Translations under genes and position numbers: made by a program
Assembly (NCBI RefSeq): GCF_000181795.1
Contig: NW_003526947.1
Location: 1,038,029-1,102,028 of the forward strand
Direction: 5' to 3'
From: Trichinella spiralis
Taxonomy: Eukaryota
Length of the DNA: 64,000 nucleotides
The notes under the pieces: model-generated
Told to the model about the DNA's origin: nothing
The model's input: the letters and a program-made list of their open reading frames with translations, nothing else
The model's database searches: none
Part shown: positions 1 to 13,300 of the stretch, piece after piece
Numbering within the stretch: the first letter of the stretch is position 1
Layout of the letters: every line of letters starts with the position of its first letter

Positions 1-54
1 TCTATTCATTTAAACGTTCACAATTAGGCCATTACAATTTATTGTATCCCAGAA

Positions 55-882
55 ATGGAATCTGCCGACGAAAGTATTGAATTGCAAAATATCAGTCGTG
101 TTAATATTTTTTCTCGGGATACGTTGAATCTTCAATTACCAAGAACTGTACTAGCATCGGCTGACGACGCTGATACGGCCCAAATAGACGAAACATATGA
201 TAATTCGCCACCACCTGCTGCTGATTTTCGATTTTCCAGACCTTCACGAACCGTACCCAACAAATCTGACGTGCTGAAATATTTTGCAAAAGCAACGAAA
301 TTTCGCATCAAAAGTATCGGAAACGAGATTCAAGTGACCGATCTGAGCGATAATCCTCTGTTCGACGTTTGGTACAGTTTGAATTGCAGTTTCCGCGTTT
401 GGACAGTTGAAGCTTTTGGTAAGCCAATACTGCTGATGAATGAACCGCTTTCAGCGTGCGATTATGCGACACAAGAGACACGCATCTATATTACAGACTG
501 GAATGGTGACCCATTTGGAAGTCTCATAGCCGGAGAACCATTTTACGTGCACGACGCTGATGACAAGCCTGTCTTTAAACTAGTCAGAATCAGTCAAGCG
601 GTCAGTCATGATGCAAACAGCGATTCACTACAGTTGGATTCAGAAGTGGAAAATGACGAATATGGTACAGTACGCTGGCAATGTTTATCTGGTGATGGAA
701 CACATCTTGCTTCGTTGACCGACTCGTATTTGCTTCAATTCTGTGACAACCTTACGTTGCATTTGAAACTGTTAACTTTATCTGCTATTATCCGTGCAAT
801 TAGCCAAGATTCAAGTTTGTCCCTCGGTTGTGCTTTGATCAAAATGTTTCTCAGCTGTTGCTTGAACGGATCGTACAGTTGA
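55..882 (+). CDS. Phospholipid scramblase / Tubby-C (LURP-one)-like protein, single-exon ORF, 275 aa
   Basis: Long GC-richer ORF. Alternating beta-strand segments (IYITDWNGDPFGSL, FYVHDADDKPVFKL) precede YLLQFCDNLTLHLKLLTLSAIIRAI, which resembles the scramblase C-terminal F.I.FP.DLDV..KA.LL.A helix. Cys-rich tail (LSCCL). A CAG acceptor lies 2 nt before the ATG, so an upstream exon or trans-splice site is possible. Confidence 0.55.
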   Translation: MESADESIELQNISRVNIFSRDTLNLQLPRTVLASADDADTAQIDETYDNSPPPAADFRFSRPSRTVPNKSDVLKYFAKATKFRIKSIGNEIQVTDLSDNPLFDVWYSLNCSFRVWTVEAFGKPILLMNEPLSACDYATQETRIYITDWNGDPFGSLIAGEPFYVHDADDKPVFKLVRISQAVSHDANSDSLQLDSEVENDEYGTVRWQCLSGDGTHLASLTDSYLLQFCDNLTLHLKLLTLSAIIRAISQDSSLSLGCALIKMFLSCCLNGSYS

Positions 883-3800
883 CAAAATTGCACGCTATTT
901 GCTTTTTTATTCTTCCACATTTTGCGTGTTCATTTTGCATAGTAAAAAACAGACTGAAGTACGTGTTTCAAGGTTCAAATATTCAATCAATACCGCGCTT
1001 TGGATTCATTCGAGATTGTTGTTGCTTGGTCAATGGCTTATTAGACATTTACCGTTAAAATCACTGCGATTATTGTTGAAAAGCTGCTGTTTATTTGCGC
1101 AAATGCGCAACAAAATTTTCAGGAAATTCACTGCTTACGAAAACTCTTCCAATCAATGTTTTTTTTTATAAACTTAAGCTCACCGTTTTGAAATGTGAAT
1201 TTGTTTTTATAAATATTAAAGATTAAAAAAATGAAGTTTCATAAATCATAGAATTTAAGAGAAAAAAAAACAAACCCAACCACATTTAATTAACTACAAT
1301 ACAAATCAGAATTAGCAGATGTTTTGCTTAGTTCAGAATTGTTGAAACTAATTACAATTTAATTGTTTGATCTTTGTTTCAAGAAAGTCTGGATGTTGGT
1401 TATGTAAGCGATATAAACGCGAAACAGCAGGCAATTGTAAATTTTAGTAGAAATCAATCAAACAACGACGCACTTTTGTTGCCGACAATAGACACAAAAA
1501 TGTCATTTAACACTACGCTAAATAGCTACTTGAAAACAAAGAAAAAGATTGCGCTCAGAAAAAAAAATAGAGCTTAATTTTTCACTTAATTGCGCTAACT
1601 AAAATTAGCTTTCGGTTATTATGGATTTATAATTTTACAACTGATGAACAACAGTAATATATAAAAAGTTATATATAATATATACATATTGCTTGCTGCA
1701 TGAGTAAATTATTAAATAAACTATTAAAGTGGTTTGTAAACGTAATTATTTGAATTAATAGTTAATAGATCATTATACGCTTTTCATTATTAAATTTTAC
1801 TTTTAAAATTTCTAATTGAATAATAATAATGTGCTTTCCGATTACAAAATGAAATGTAGAGATTAATAAAATAATAATAAGTTTATTTCAAAGGGAGAAT
1901 GAAACCATATGCAAATTTGGAACGTTTTGATAAACTGTTGAAACATTATGAAGAAAAATTTATAAATGAAATTAACTGTATTGTATGAATAGAAGATTAA
2001 ATTGATCTCGTTCATGTCGCTTTATTGTGCATGTGTGTGTGTGTGTGTATTATTGGACAAAGCAGCTGAAGACGATATGTTGTGATAAACATTGCTGCTT
2101 TGTAATTCAGATGTGCTAGTAGCTTGGGAGGAATTAATCCCAATTGACAATGAAATTAGTAGAGCGTATTACGTTTAACGATTCACAACGACCACATTCA
2201 ACTGCTAATCCAATGGCTTGTTAGAAATGTCAGCATTCAGCGTTTCCTTGACAACTTCGATAACAATTTGCTTTTTGTTTTTTAATTATTATCATTTATT
2301 TAAGCAAGAACCTATCTGCTACTTACTGCGTTGAGTTCAAGCAAAAGAATAATAATAATCATCGGTGTGGTTAGCAACTAAAATAATGCAATTGAGTTGC
2401 AAAGTTGAAAATGTTTTTGGAAGAAGCAACACAAGCTGATTTGAACCAATTTTACAACTTCATTGTATAAGTATTTATTTTTCGGCTAAATTAAAACTGG
2501 TACATGCATATGGTAATAAATTTGCAAAAGCCTGCTGTGCCATTTATTATTATTGTTCCAATGTCAAGTAATGACAAATTTTGCAATGCGCAGAAATGAA
2601 AAATTATGCCTATATAATTTTCATATTCTTTTTCTACTTGACCTACAAAACCCTACTTATCATCATTTTCACGTAATTTGCGTATAAAGTTAAAATGCTT
2701 GCAAGTGTCATTTACGATTTGAATAAAAAGAATTTATAGTAAGTTAGCAATTATCGGTAAAATTGCAACAGTGCCCTTTGATAGATGAAATGAAATTTCT
2801 TAATATGTAAAGTTTCTTTTCTCATAAATAGAATACAAGTGCGGCATTAACTTGTAAGCTGAAAAAGCTAATAATAAGTGAACACGATTTAAAAATCCTG
2901 ATTAAGAATGAGTTGAAAGACAAAATTTTTGTTTGGACAATAATGACAGCCCAGTTGAGTGATCAAACGCGCGATCAGTATTCTTTTACAATGATAATAA
3001 TAATAGTAATAATGGAACTAAGATTTGCAATCAATAATTTAGCGTGATCAAAGCAGTTAATTACCGATTTCCTGTAGCGGCGAAATGGTCGATACAGCTG
3101 CTGTGTAGTTGGTAGTATATTCTTTTCGAATGCTTGGAATCATCGAAGCGTGTCCAAATGTGAAACGTGCAGAAGCGCTTGGATAACCATTGTTGTGAAC
3201 ATTTTGGCACTGTTGATGATCTAGATCTTTTGCCCAAATGCTGCTCGACTATCCTTATGAAGTGTACTTGTTCGCACAACCACGCCATGGTCAGCACACA
3301 GAGTGAAAACATTTCATCATTTCAATTAATTCACTTCACAGCAAGGAGGCTTGGCCAATACTCTAAAACTATTTACTAACGTTTTGATTTATTTGTACGT
3401 TCTAATTGCAATTTCTGTTTGCTGAGTCAAATTCGTATTTGCATGCAATATTTATAGAATAGCAGTAATTAGCATATGACCATTTTTATCCTCTGAAAAC
3501 AAACAGTTCTGCTCATATTCTGCATATATCTGTAATATAAAATTGTTTCAAATAATAATAATAATAATAAATGTTGATTGTAACAAAAATTGATGCAGTC
3601 GTTTTTATTCAGTTGCTAAACTAATTTCTACAAAAATGGCAGCTTGTTGTCATTTAAAAAACTAAAGCAAATCTTGTAAATACAAAATAATCATAAATTA
3701 ATAAAGTAACCGTTTTGTTTGTTTTAATCAATAACAGATAAATTTCGTATAAAAAATTACATGTATTTTTTGGAAGAAATTTAAATAAATAGTAAAAAAA

Positions 3801-6390
3801 ATTTTACATGTTAATTTTTACTCAATATAAGCAGTTGACAAATAGTAAGTTGAACATTTCCATTTTTATTAAATTTATTACAGGATTTTGCTCTAACAAA
3901 GCTTTTGAGAATAATAATTAATCAAAGTAGCCCTTTCCACTTAAAATTAAAAAAAATCAACTTTTTTTATTCAACAAATGAAAAGAAAAAAGTGTTTCTT
4001 CAGTATCAATGAAAGTGAAAACGAATTTTCTAAAAAGTAATATTGTGATACGTTTAATACTAGAACTTTTACTTTTCTTATTCCATCATAAATTTGACAA
4101 ATAAAACTTGGTTAAAACTGATTTTACCTAGATCCTATAGGAAAAATTTCCTGCTTTAGGCATTTAAAAATAATATATTTAGAAAGCTTGCAAGATGAGG
4201 CAATTAATAAAAAAAAAGAAGCAAGTGAATAATTTTACCTAATTGCACTTATTACAAGTCAACAGTTATCTGACAAAGACTTAATCATCTTAATTATCTT
4301 TAGAAAAGAAAAAGAAAGGAAAGAACAAACACTTGCTCTAAACACTGCAACATCTACTTGCAACCTTCGCTGTTGTATGAAATAGATTTGTTGCAATAAA
4401 ATGTGTTGCACAATAAAATTATATTAATTAGATTAATCGATGAAATTAAAAATTTTTATGCATATCGCAGGTAAAAATGAATTTCATTAAAGGTCACGTG
4501 CATTTATGAATGACTTTTTTTTATCACTGATTGATATCTTTATGCACAGAAAAGCATTAAAGTCTGAACAGTTAATTATAATAAAAATGTATGACACTAA
4601 AATAAAAATTTTAGCAGATATTGTCAGTTATATTAAAATTATTCAAATTGCTTTACTTTGAGCTGCTTTGAAATTCACTTTAGTTTATAAATATACGTAT
4701 AATATGCCAATTTAAAAAAGTTGGGCATTGGTGCTTTCTGAAATACAAATTAAATACTTTTTATAGAGCATGCGCATATTTTCTTGTTCAATGGAATTGG
4801 AAAATTTGCTATTTTCATAAATCTGCAGTTTATTGTTTTCAAGCTTTAAGCAAATTTTTAAATTCAATAATATATGTTGCTAGTTTTCTTATTTTTGTCT
4901 ATAAATGTTGTCACTTGGAGAAACTTGTTTCGCATTTTGCAATTAATTTCAATTTCATCTTCGAGAAAATTAAGAAACGCAACATCCATGGTCATCCAAT
5001 ACGGAACGCTTACAGCTCTATTGAATATTTAGGTTGTCTGCCAGCCGGCCTAATTGTCTTGCTTCACTTATTACAGAGCATTGTCAGTTGCACATTTTTG
5101 TGATAACTAACTGTCCACTGTCTGTATGACATTACAGAGATTTTTCTGTCAAACCGTCCTAAGCTACATAAACTTATTATTTATTTACAAACAACCACAT
5201 AAACTACATATTTTTGCTAATGCACATGCGTTTATTTTTAATAATACGTGTTTTATGTTTGTTACACACATTCAAATGAAACTATTATTCTATAGATAGA
5301 ATAAATACTGATCCTCATCAATATCTGATGATGGATAGATGGTTGAAAACGATAAAACTACAAAAATATATCGCGTATATTTTAATCTGTAATCTCATAG
5401 TTTTCTTCTGATCAGTGTATTTAGAGTTTGATAAGATGAAGTGATATAGAAGCATAAGTATAAAATTAGATGAAATGCAACAAAAATCACAATTGTATGC
5501 ATTGAATCAAATGCTCAAAACGCATGCTATTTTAACTACGATCAAAATGCAAATGATCAAATGAATTTTGGGCAATGCTATTAATTTTCATTTAAGCTTT
5601 TTATTTCCATTCCATCTTTTTTCTGCAATTTACAGTCATCAGTTTTGAAAATCATTGTCATAATACTTCAGAAGCAACACTGTGAGAACATTCTTCATCA
5701 GTGGGTCAAGGATTTTTTAGTAGAAAAATTTCACAAAAGACTATATTCAATTCATTAATTATTTCAGCAATTCACTTATTTCACTTACATTTTTATAATC
5801 TACTTATTAGAACATGCAAAAATTACATTGCTTGGATAAATGATCTGCTTAAATTTGTTTTAACTTTTGCATTAAACACAGCAAAACGCGGATATATCAT
5901 AATATTGTGAGCATAATAAATATGTAGACATTTTTCAAAAAAAACGTTGTGAAGATAATCCATATTGAAATAATTGCAACACGTGAATGCATCGTGTAAC
6001 TCCTGTACTGATAAGCGTAAAACTGTTTTGGCAAAAACTGTTTAGAAGTCGATTAAAACGAAGTTGATCACTCGGAAATGCAGAACCCGTCATTTCATTT
6101 ATGCATTTTTTTCTCTTTCTTTATCAAAATCTACACTGCCAAGATCCTGTTCAAAGTCATTTACAGCAAATAGATTGGAACGCATTAAAGGCAAAATAAT
6201 TTTTGGTAGTTTTCACTTTGATGGCTCCCGTTATTATAAGAGAGTTTGATTGAAAGCCGAACTAAAAAATTAGGTTGTGTGCTATTTCTTTAGGCAACCT
6301 CACAGTCCGGATCTATCCATCTACGTGCACAGTGAGTGTTATGCATCAATGAACCTGACCGGTAAACGCCAATTGGGTCAAGCAGATTTT

Positions 6391-6396
6391 TATAAA
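6391..6396 (+). promoter_or_regulatory. Putative TATA box of the collagen gene
   Basis: TATAAA 70 nt upstream of the collagen ATG at 6461. Confidence 0.5.
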
Positions 6397-6460
6397 GACG
6401 GATCAGTACAGTGCTGTTGTCATTCCGCAAGGAAGGGGTCCAGAGAACACGGCTTCAAAC

Positions 6461-7612
6461 ATGGAAGAGTACGCCAAGCTGGAGCAAAAAATTGGGGATC
6501 GTAATGTTGCACCACGGACCGTAGCCTTTTGTTCCGTTGTTTTCAGCACAGTTGCAGTTACTGCCTGCTTGCTCACCTTTCCATTGGTTTTCCACTATGT
6601 GCAGATGCTGCAGTTGTCAGTCCAAGGAGAAGTGGACACTTGCAAGGTGGTGTAGCAAAATTTGAAATTCGTAAGTTGCTGTCACAATGAAATAATGTTT
6701 TAGCTTCGCACGAGAGATATGTGGAAGCAAATGATCGACGCTAAAAATGGATTTGTTGGATTTGGAGAGTTAAAATCAAATACGGAAATCTTGCTTCGAT
6801 TTACAAGACAGACTGTTGAAGCTTCATGTACTTGATCCTTTCATGTACAAAACGGAAGAACACGTCGACTGATTTCTTGTCATCGGTTTCAGGTTGTACG
6901 TGCCAACGAGGACCACCAGGTCCACCTGGACCCCCAGGACGTGACGGCAAAGACGGACTTCCTGGAAAGGATGGATCTCGTGGTGAACCAGGACCAGATG
7001 CAAAACCCAAAGATACCTTATTGCCAATACCGCCCCAATGCCCTTGTGTTGCTTTACCAGGTAATATACCACGCAGCAGTGTTGATTTATTTAAGTTGCA
7101 CTGTAAAATACTGATGTGAAATAGGTCCTCCTGGAGTTGCTGGCCCAACTGGTCAAGATGGATCACCAGGTGATGCAGGACCACCTGGACGTGACGGCTC
7201 GCCTGGTGCTCCTGGACCAGTCGGTGATCCTGGACCACCAGGGCAAAGTGCCATGCCAGGAAAGAAAGGTCCACCTGGTCCTCCTGGTAAATTAGTTCCC
7301 GGTGAAGCAGGTCTTAAAGGGCCAGCTGGACCACGAGGAGCAACTGGACGACCTGGTGAACGTGGTGCGCCCGGTGAACCTGGACAAGAAGGACCACCAG
7401 GTAAAATTTTTTTTTCAAAATCATAGTTCCATGCTTGGATGGATTTTAAAATTTGAAATGCTTCAGGTGAACGTGGACCTCCTGGTGAACCTGGCAATCC
7501 AGGACCTGGAGGCAAGCCTGGTATTCCAGGTGCTGCCGGACCTAAAGGTCCACCAGGCTTCAGCGGAAGCTGCGATCACTGTCCACCAGCAAGACTCGCA
7601 CCAGGATATTAA
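6461..7612 (+). CDS. Nematode cuticle collagen; exons 6461-6646, 6704-6827, 6893-7060, 7125-7400, 7467-7612
   Basis: N-terminal Col_cuticle_N hydrophobic segment ([28 protein letters not shown]), RFTR (RxxR) cleavage motif, CCTCQ before interrupted Gly-X-Y repeats, C-terminal [13 protein letters not shown]. All introns are GT-AG and phase-compatible. Confidence 0.97.
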
Positions 7613-8100
7613 AATTCTGCCCTTTAACTCAATACTGCTTTTTTTACAAACTGCCGTCTTAATGGAATGATTTGCCATGTTTTGCCTAAGAATTATTAAC
7701 ATCTGCCCTAGCTAATATAGTTTTGCATTAAAATTTGCACATCATTGTTTCGTAGTTTTTCCAAATGTAAATGGGTGTTCTAGTCAAGCCGCCATACTGA
7801 AGATTCCAATATTTGCATACAAAGCAAAGCGAATGAATACTGGATTTTTAATTTATACAACAGGCAATTTTCTACAATAAATTTGGTAGTAACTACAGAA
7901 ACAAAAATGAAAAAAATGGAACATTTCAATGTAATTAGAACTAGTGGAGTAATTGAAAAGAAAATGAAATTAAACGAATGCTCAAAATGGAACGTGTGCT
8001 ATCGAATGATGCTTTCTTTCTAACCATAATTTTCAGTTATACATAGAATTTTAAAAAATGTACTATTTTAGTAATAAAATGTGAAACGTGAATATTTTTG

Positions 8101-10394
8101 TCAGTGAATATTCTTAGAATCAGATGCGCATTTAAGTACTAGTTTTGGATAGTGAAAATCTTTGATATTTGTAAAAAAATTTTCAAAATCTTCGTTAAAT
8201 GCAGCCTAAAAAATGCAACCTTCCCGTTTTGAGACAGTTTCATATAAAATGCATACTTACATTTATTAGTCTTTGAAAAATTGGACTGCAAACTGTTTGA
8301 AGATCTTTCAGCTTTTGTGCAAAATCCTCTTCTTCAGCCTGGTCGTGGGTTTTCATCCAATCTAAAATTTCTTTACATTTCTCAACCATTGCATTTCTGT
8401 CATCAGTTTTCAGATCTTTCTGAAATTTGAAATCAACATTGTTATTTTTGTTCAGTCGAAAAGTAGCATTCAATTGAATTCTTACGCCTGTAACTTTGCT
8501 GTTCACAGTTGACTGCATAGCAGTAATGTAATTCTCCAAGTTCGTTTTAGCGTTTATCAATTCGCGCAATTTAGCATCTTCTTCTTTAAACGATTCCGCT
8601 TCTTGAACAATGTGAGCTACATCTGGTTCTTTGATAAATTCTTCATTGTACTTATAAGAAAACTTGGCAACATGATGGTCACCGAACTGATGAGCTTCAA
8701 TCACTAACTCACCCTTTTGATTGAGGCAACATTCGACAGTAATTTCAAGTAATCCTGCTTCTGGCAAAATAAAGTTTTCAAGTACACATTTTCCGAGAAA
8801 TTTCTGAATGAACATATTTGAAATGAAATGGATATTTTTCAATTTCACTTAACTTACATTGTTCTTTACCAAAGCACGCTCCCCTTCATAAATATTAATC
8901 AGCACGCAGGCCTGGTAATCTACTTGAGTAGTAAACTGACAAGTTGCTGAAGTCGGAAGAGGTGTATTTCGTGCAATTAAGACATTCATCAAACCGTTGG
9001 CAGTTTCAATGCCTATAGACAAAGGAGCTAATTCCAATAATTTTTCTTTTTCTGCTACAATTTCTTCCTTATTTCTTTGCTCAATCAAACGAGCGGCTTG
9101 CAAAGCTGATAAAAATCATTTAAAAATTTAAAAAAAAATTTCCCACATTTAAGCTCGAAAACATCTATGTCTACCTGCACCATAGGTGACGACAAACTTG
9201 GGATCAATAAAACTGATTGGTTTTTTTCCATTAAAAAAGTGTTGTATTATTTCTTGTATTTTTGGAATCAAAGTAGATCCTCCAACTAATATCACATCAT
9301 CAACATCTTCCTTCACCATTTCTGCATCTTTAAGCGTCTGTTTAACCGTATTTAGCGTTGCAAGAAATAAATCTTCATTTATCTTTTCAAAAAGTTTGCG
9401 AGTAACAGTACGATACAAGTGTTCTGCCTCGTGAAATGTGTCTAGTTCAATTCTAAATCAAAATTGATAGAAATGCACTGCAATTGTTACAGAAGAAAGA
9501 AACCTCGCTTCTTCTTCTGAACTGAGTCTACATTTTGCATATTCACAAGCTCTACGAAGACGACTTATGGCACGGATATTATAGCGAACATCCTTTCCTG
9601 TTTCCTTTTTGAAATCATTCAGATAATAATCCACTAAGCGATTGAGAAAATCTTCACCGCCAAAATGTGTATTGCTACCAACAGCCCTAATATTAAACAA
9701 GCCATTTTCTACAGTCAGAATAGTAACGTCAAATGTTACTGCACCAAGATCATATATTAAAAAAGTTCTCTCTCCATCGTTCTAGAACAGTAACGCTTTT
9801 GAAAATAAAAAAAAATACAAACAGTATATTTACCGTTTTGTCCAAACCATACGCAATAGCAACAGCTGAAGCAGTATCAATAAATTGAATAGGATTCAAA
9901 TTAGCTAACAGAGCAGCATCTCTAATAGCCAGACACTGAGCATTGTTGTAGTATGAAGGAACAGTAATCACAGCATCTGTAACAGAGGTTAACAAATGTT
10001 GTTTTGCTATGCTTCTTAGTTTAGAAAATAACATTGCACTCAGTTCTTCGGGTGTGAACGTTATCATCCGATTCTGATGATTTACTTCAATTCTAACAGT
10101 TGAATTCTTATCAACTACATTATACGGTAACCGCTTTATACAATATTGTGTATACGGCTCATCATAGCTACGACCCAAAAATCGTTTAAATTCATATATT
10201 GTATTATACGGGTTAATAATTAAACGCTCTTTAGCATCATTTCCAACATAAATAACTCTCTCTGTAAAAGAGACAAAATTTGGAGTAGCTTGATCACCTC
10301 TTTCATTTGTAAAAATGTGCATATCATTTTCATAAAAACATCCAACAGAACAATTCAGCATGCCAAAATCAATCCCAATTGCATAATTATTCAT
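8101..10394 (-). CDS. Divergent Hsp70-family protein, ~648 aa; exons 10394-9834, 9781-9504, 9452-9175, 9105-8858, 8803-8486, 8419-8261, 8205-8101
   Basis: Motifs [58 protein letters not shown] and a lid helix region. Exons sum to 1947 nt with consistent phases. The last exon is inferred from the GTAAGT donor at 8260 and a TTTTTAG acceptor at 8206. Confidence 0.93.
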
Positions 10395-13300
10395 AATGAA
10401 ATATTATTCCAATGCAGAAGATTCCAAAATTATAACAGTATGTGTTGAAAGTAACAAATTTCCCATTTACAAAAGAGAACTTTATGACGATCTGAAATTG
10501 CTTCAGGGTTGACCTGAGCAACTTCATAGTCAAATTTTACAGCATTATGTATGTTTGACTTGCTATAAAATTTGCAGAAAATGCTAATGGACTGGCAAAA
10601 CAAAGTTTTTTATCATACTTTTTGCCGCAAATATTAGCTTAAAAATTAAAGAGCCTAACCATAGTTGTGTAATGTACATTAAATTTGTTCTTATATTCTT
10701 AATGATTGTTAATTGGAGATGAACATCATTGTCAGATTATGCCAGCATTATTGGTTTTTATTGATAATATTGCCAAATTTAAATAATATTTACTTTTTTT
10801 AGTTAAAATGATTCCTTTTGCATATCAAGTGATCGAATGTAACTGCTAATAAAAATATTTCTTCATAAATCAAATCAAAATTAATAATAAACGAAATTTT
10901 GATTAAATGTCAAAACAAACACTATTGCAGTTGCAGCAGTTAATTTGGTTATCAATATTTATTCGAAAAGCATGCTTATGACTTTACTGGTCGATCACTT
11001 CTGCGTGTTCACCTGTAAAAATTTGCATATTGATAATTGTAAAGCAGTGGTCTGTAATATAAAGAGTAAAATGTGCACATCCAAAAGTCAAGTTCAACTT
11101 TTCACTGATTGTAAAAATAGAATATAAAGGCATATTTTAGAGTAGGAACAAAGGAAAAAAAGACTATTCCATGTGCCGAATATTAAAAAATAACATGGCA
11201 AAGTATTCTATTTCTATTCTGTCTGACCATTCTTGTTTTGAGTGTAAAATTTAATTCATGGATAGTCAAAAACCGCTTCTTTTCCCATAAATCATATCAT
11301 ATAATATAATGCAACATAATAATATTATATAACATAGTGTAGTATAATATAATAGTTTCTATTCTATTTCGAGATTCATTTTACAAGTATATTGTATGTT
11401 CAGTTATCATGTTTCGCAATTAGCATTAATTAGTGCTGACGCAGTGAAACCAATTTCTTAAATTATTCAGCATTGGATGTTTTATTAAAAGCAAAAAAAA
11501 GAACAGACTTTTATTTACTTTAAATTTAAATTTATTAGAATTTTAATGCAAAAAATTGCTTGAACTAGTTCGATCAACTAACGAGGCGTATTTATTTGTG
11601 CGAGTAAATGTTCAAATAGGTGAAATTTACTCTCGTTAGCTTTGTGAAGAAGCTTCAGTTTTACAAAATGAGCATTTCATATTTTTAATGTGATTTAAAT
11701 ATCTTTTTTAAATAATGAAAAAAGACAGTTTCAACAGTATTCTAATTCCTTTGTCAAATGTTATGGTAATATAATTATAATTATGCACGATATTGGAATA
11801 GAAGAAACAGTCATTATAAAAATAATCAGTGCCGTGTAGCATTTAATTAGCATTATAAATTAATGAAGCGTATCAAATAATTTTTTTAATTATTGCCACA
11901 TTTGGATGAAGTAGGAAACAGCAGTGACTATTTTTAAAGTTAAAAAGCAGATCTTCATATTGGCCTATAGAAATAATTTGCTTTAGTTAAGTTGCACATG
12001 CTTTAGCAATTCCTCCAGTGAGTCGAGCGGTTTTTTGAATACGGAAAACATTTTAATCAAATGTAATGCCTACTATTGAATTGGCTTGAGCGTTGTTTCA
12101 GCTTTGAGAAAAGATCAATCTTTTCTAGCTTGCTCTCTTATCTGCCTCACTCGTAGATCATTTAGGCGAGAAAGATAAAAAGAAATACTTTCATGCATCA
12201 ATGTTGGACAATGAATCTCCAAGGAACAAGCCGATCTCTGCATTTTGCCCCATCTCTAGATGATTAGAGAACCGATACGTCAATAACTATGGAGAATAAT
12301 TTTCCTCACAATGCTTAGAATTCTTTTTTTGTTTATTTATTAGTTGGCATAAATTGTTTTAAAATTTAACTAAAAAGTCGAAAATAAAATAATTTCAAAT
12401 GAAGTTTTTCAATAAAATTGAATATTCATTTTGAAAAGTAGCTGAAACATGGCCAATCTGATGATGATGATGATGATGAAGCAAGATTATTGTGAAAAAA
12501 ATTAGTTGTATATCTTTGAAATGCAAAATTCCCATTCAGAAATATTAATAAATTATATTCGGTTCAGTTGTTCTAAAAATCTATTTCAAAATTGCATGCA
12601 GAGAGAGAGAGAAGGAGAATATTGTTGAAATTTGTGCAGATGAAGTTATGCAATGTTGCCGTTGTACGTTGCAAGTGCTGCATATTGCTAAATTTCATTC
12701 GTAAATAACAACACTAACTAAATTCGTCGACTGAATTTAGCATTGCTAATTTGATCAATAAATTATTTAATCTTTTAATTGTATTTCAATTTATAAACAA
12801 ACATAAATTGTTTACTCAATTTACTGTATATGCACTAATTTTGCTACTGTCTTCTATTTATAATTTTTGCAATTTAATTTTTCAGTGAATTCAAAAATAG
12901 AAATAAATCTTAAACTTTGAATAAAATTCCACGGTTTCTTACGAGGCTTGTATAAATTTTTAATCGAAACTAAATTAATTAATTAATTCATTGCAATAGT
13001 GCAGTAACATGCATGTAAAAGTAGCAAGTATTATCAAACGAATTTTATAATTTATCAGATAAAATCAGGATCAGTTGATGATTTGAAGGGTGAATTTGGG
13101 TTTTTTTATTCAAAAAATTAAGTAAGTTGGTGAACAAAATTTTGACAAAACTGCTCATCCATAAGGTGATGTAATTGAATGGAGTGAAATAAAAAAAACA
13201 GTTTGACAAATAATTACACGCCAAATGAACATATGAACATAAAAATAGGCATATAAATCTTGCATGAATTGGTTTAGTCAAATTTTAAAACTAATAAAAC

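Noticed and set aside
6801..7515. Minus-strand Gly/Pro-rich ORFs
   Set aside because: Antisense shadows of the collagen Gly-X-Y codons.
11291..11355. Degenerate (ATAAT)n pentamer array
   Set aside because: Low-complexity simple repeat with no spacers or higher-order structure.
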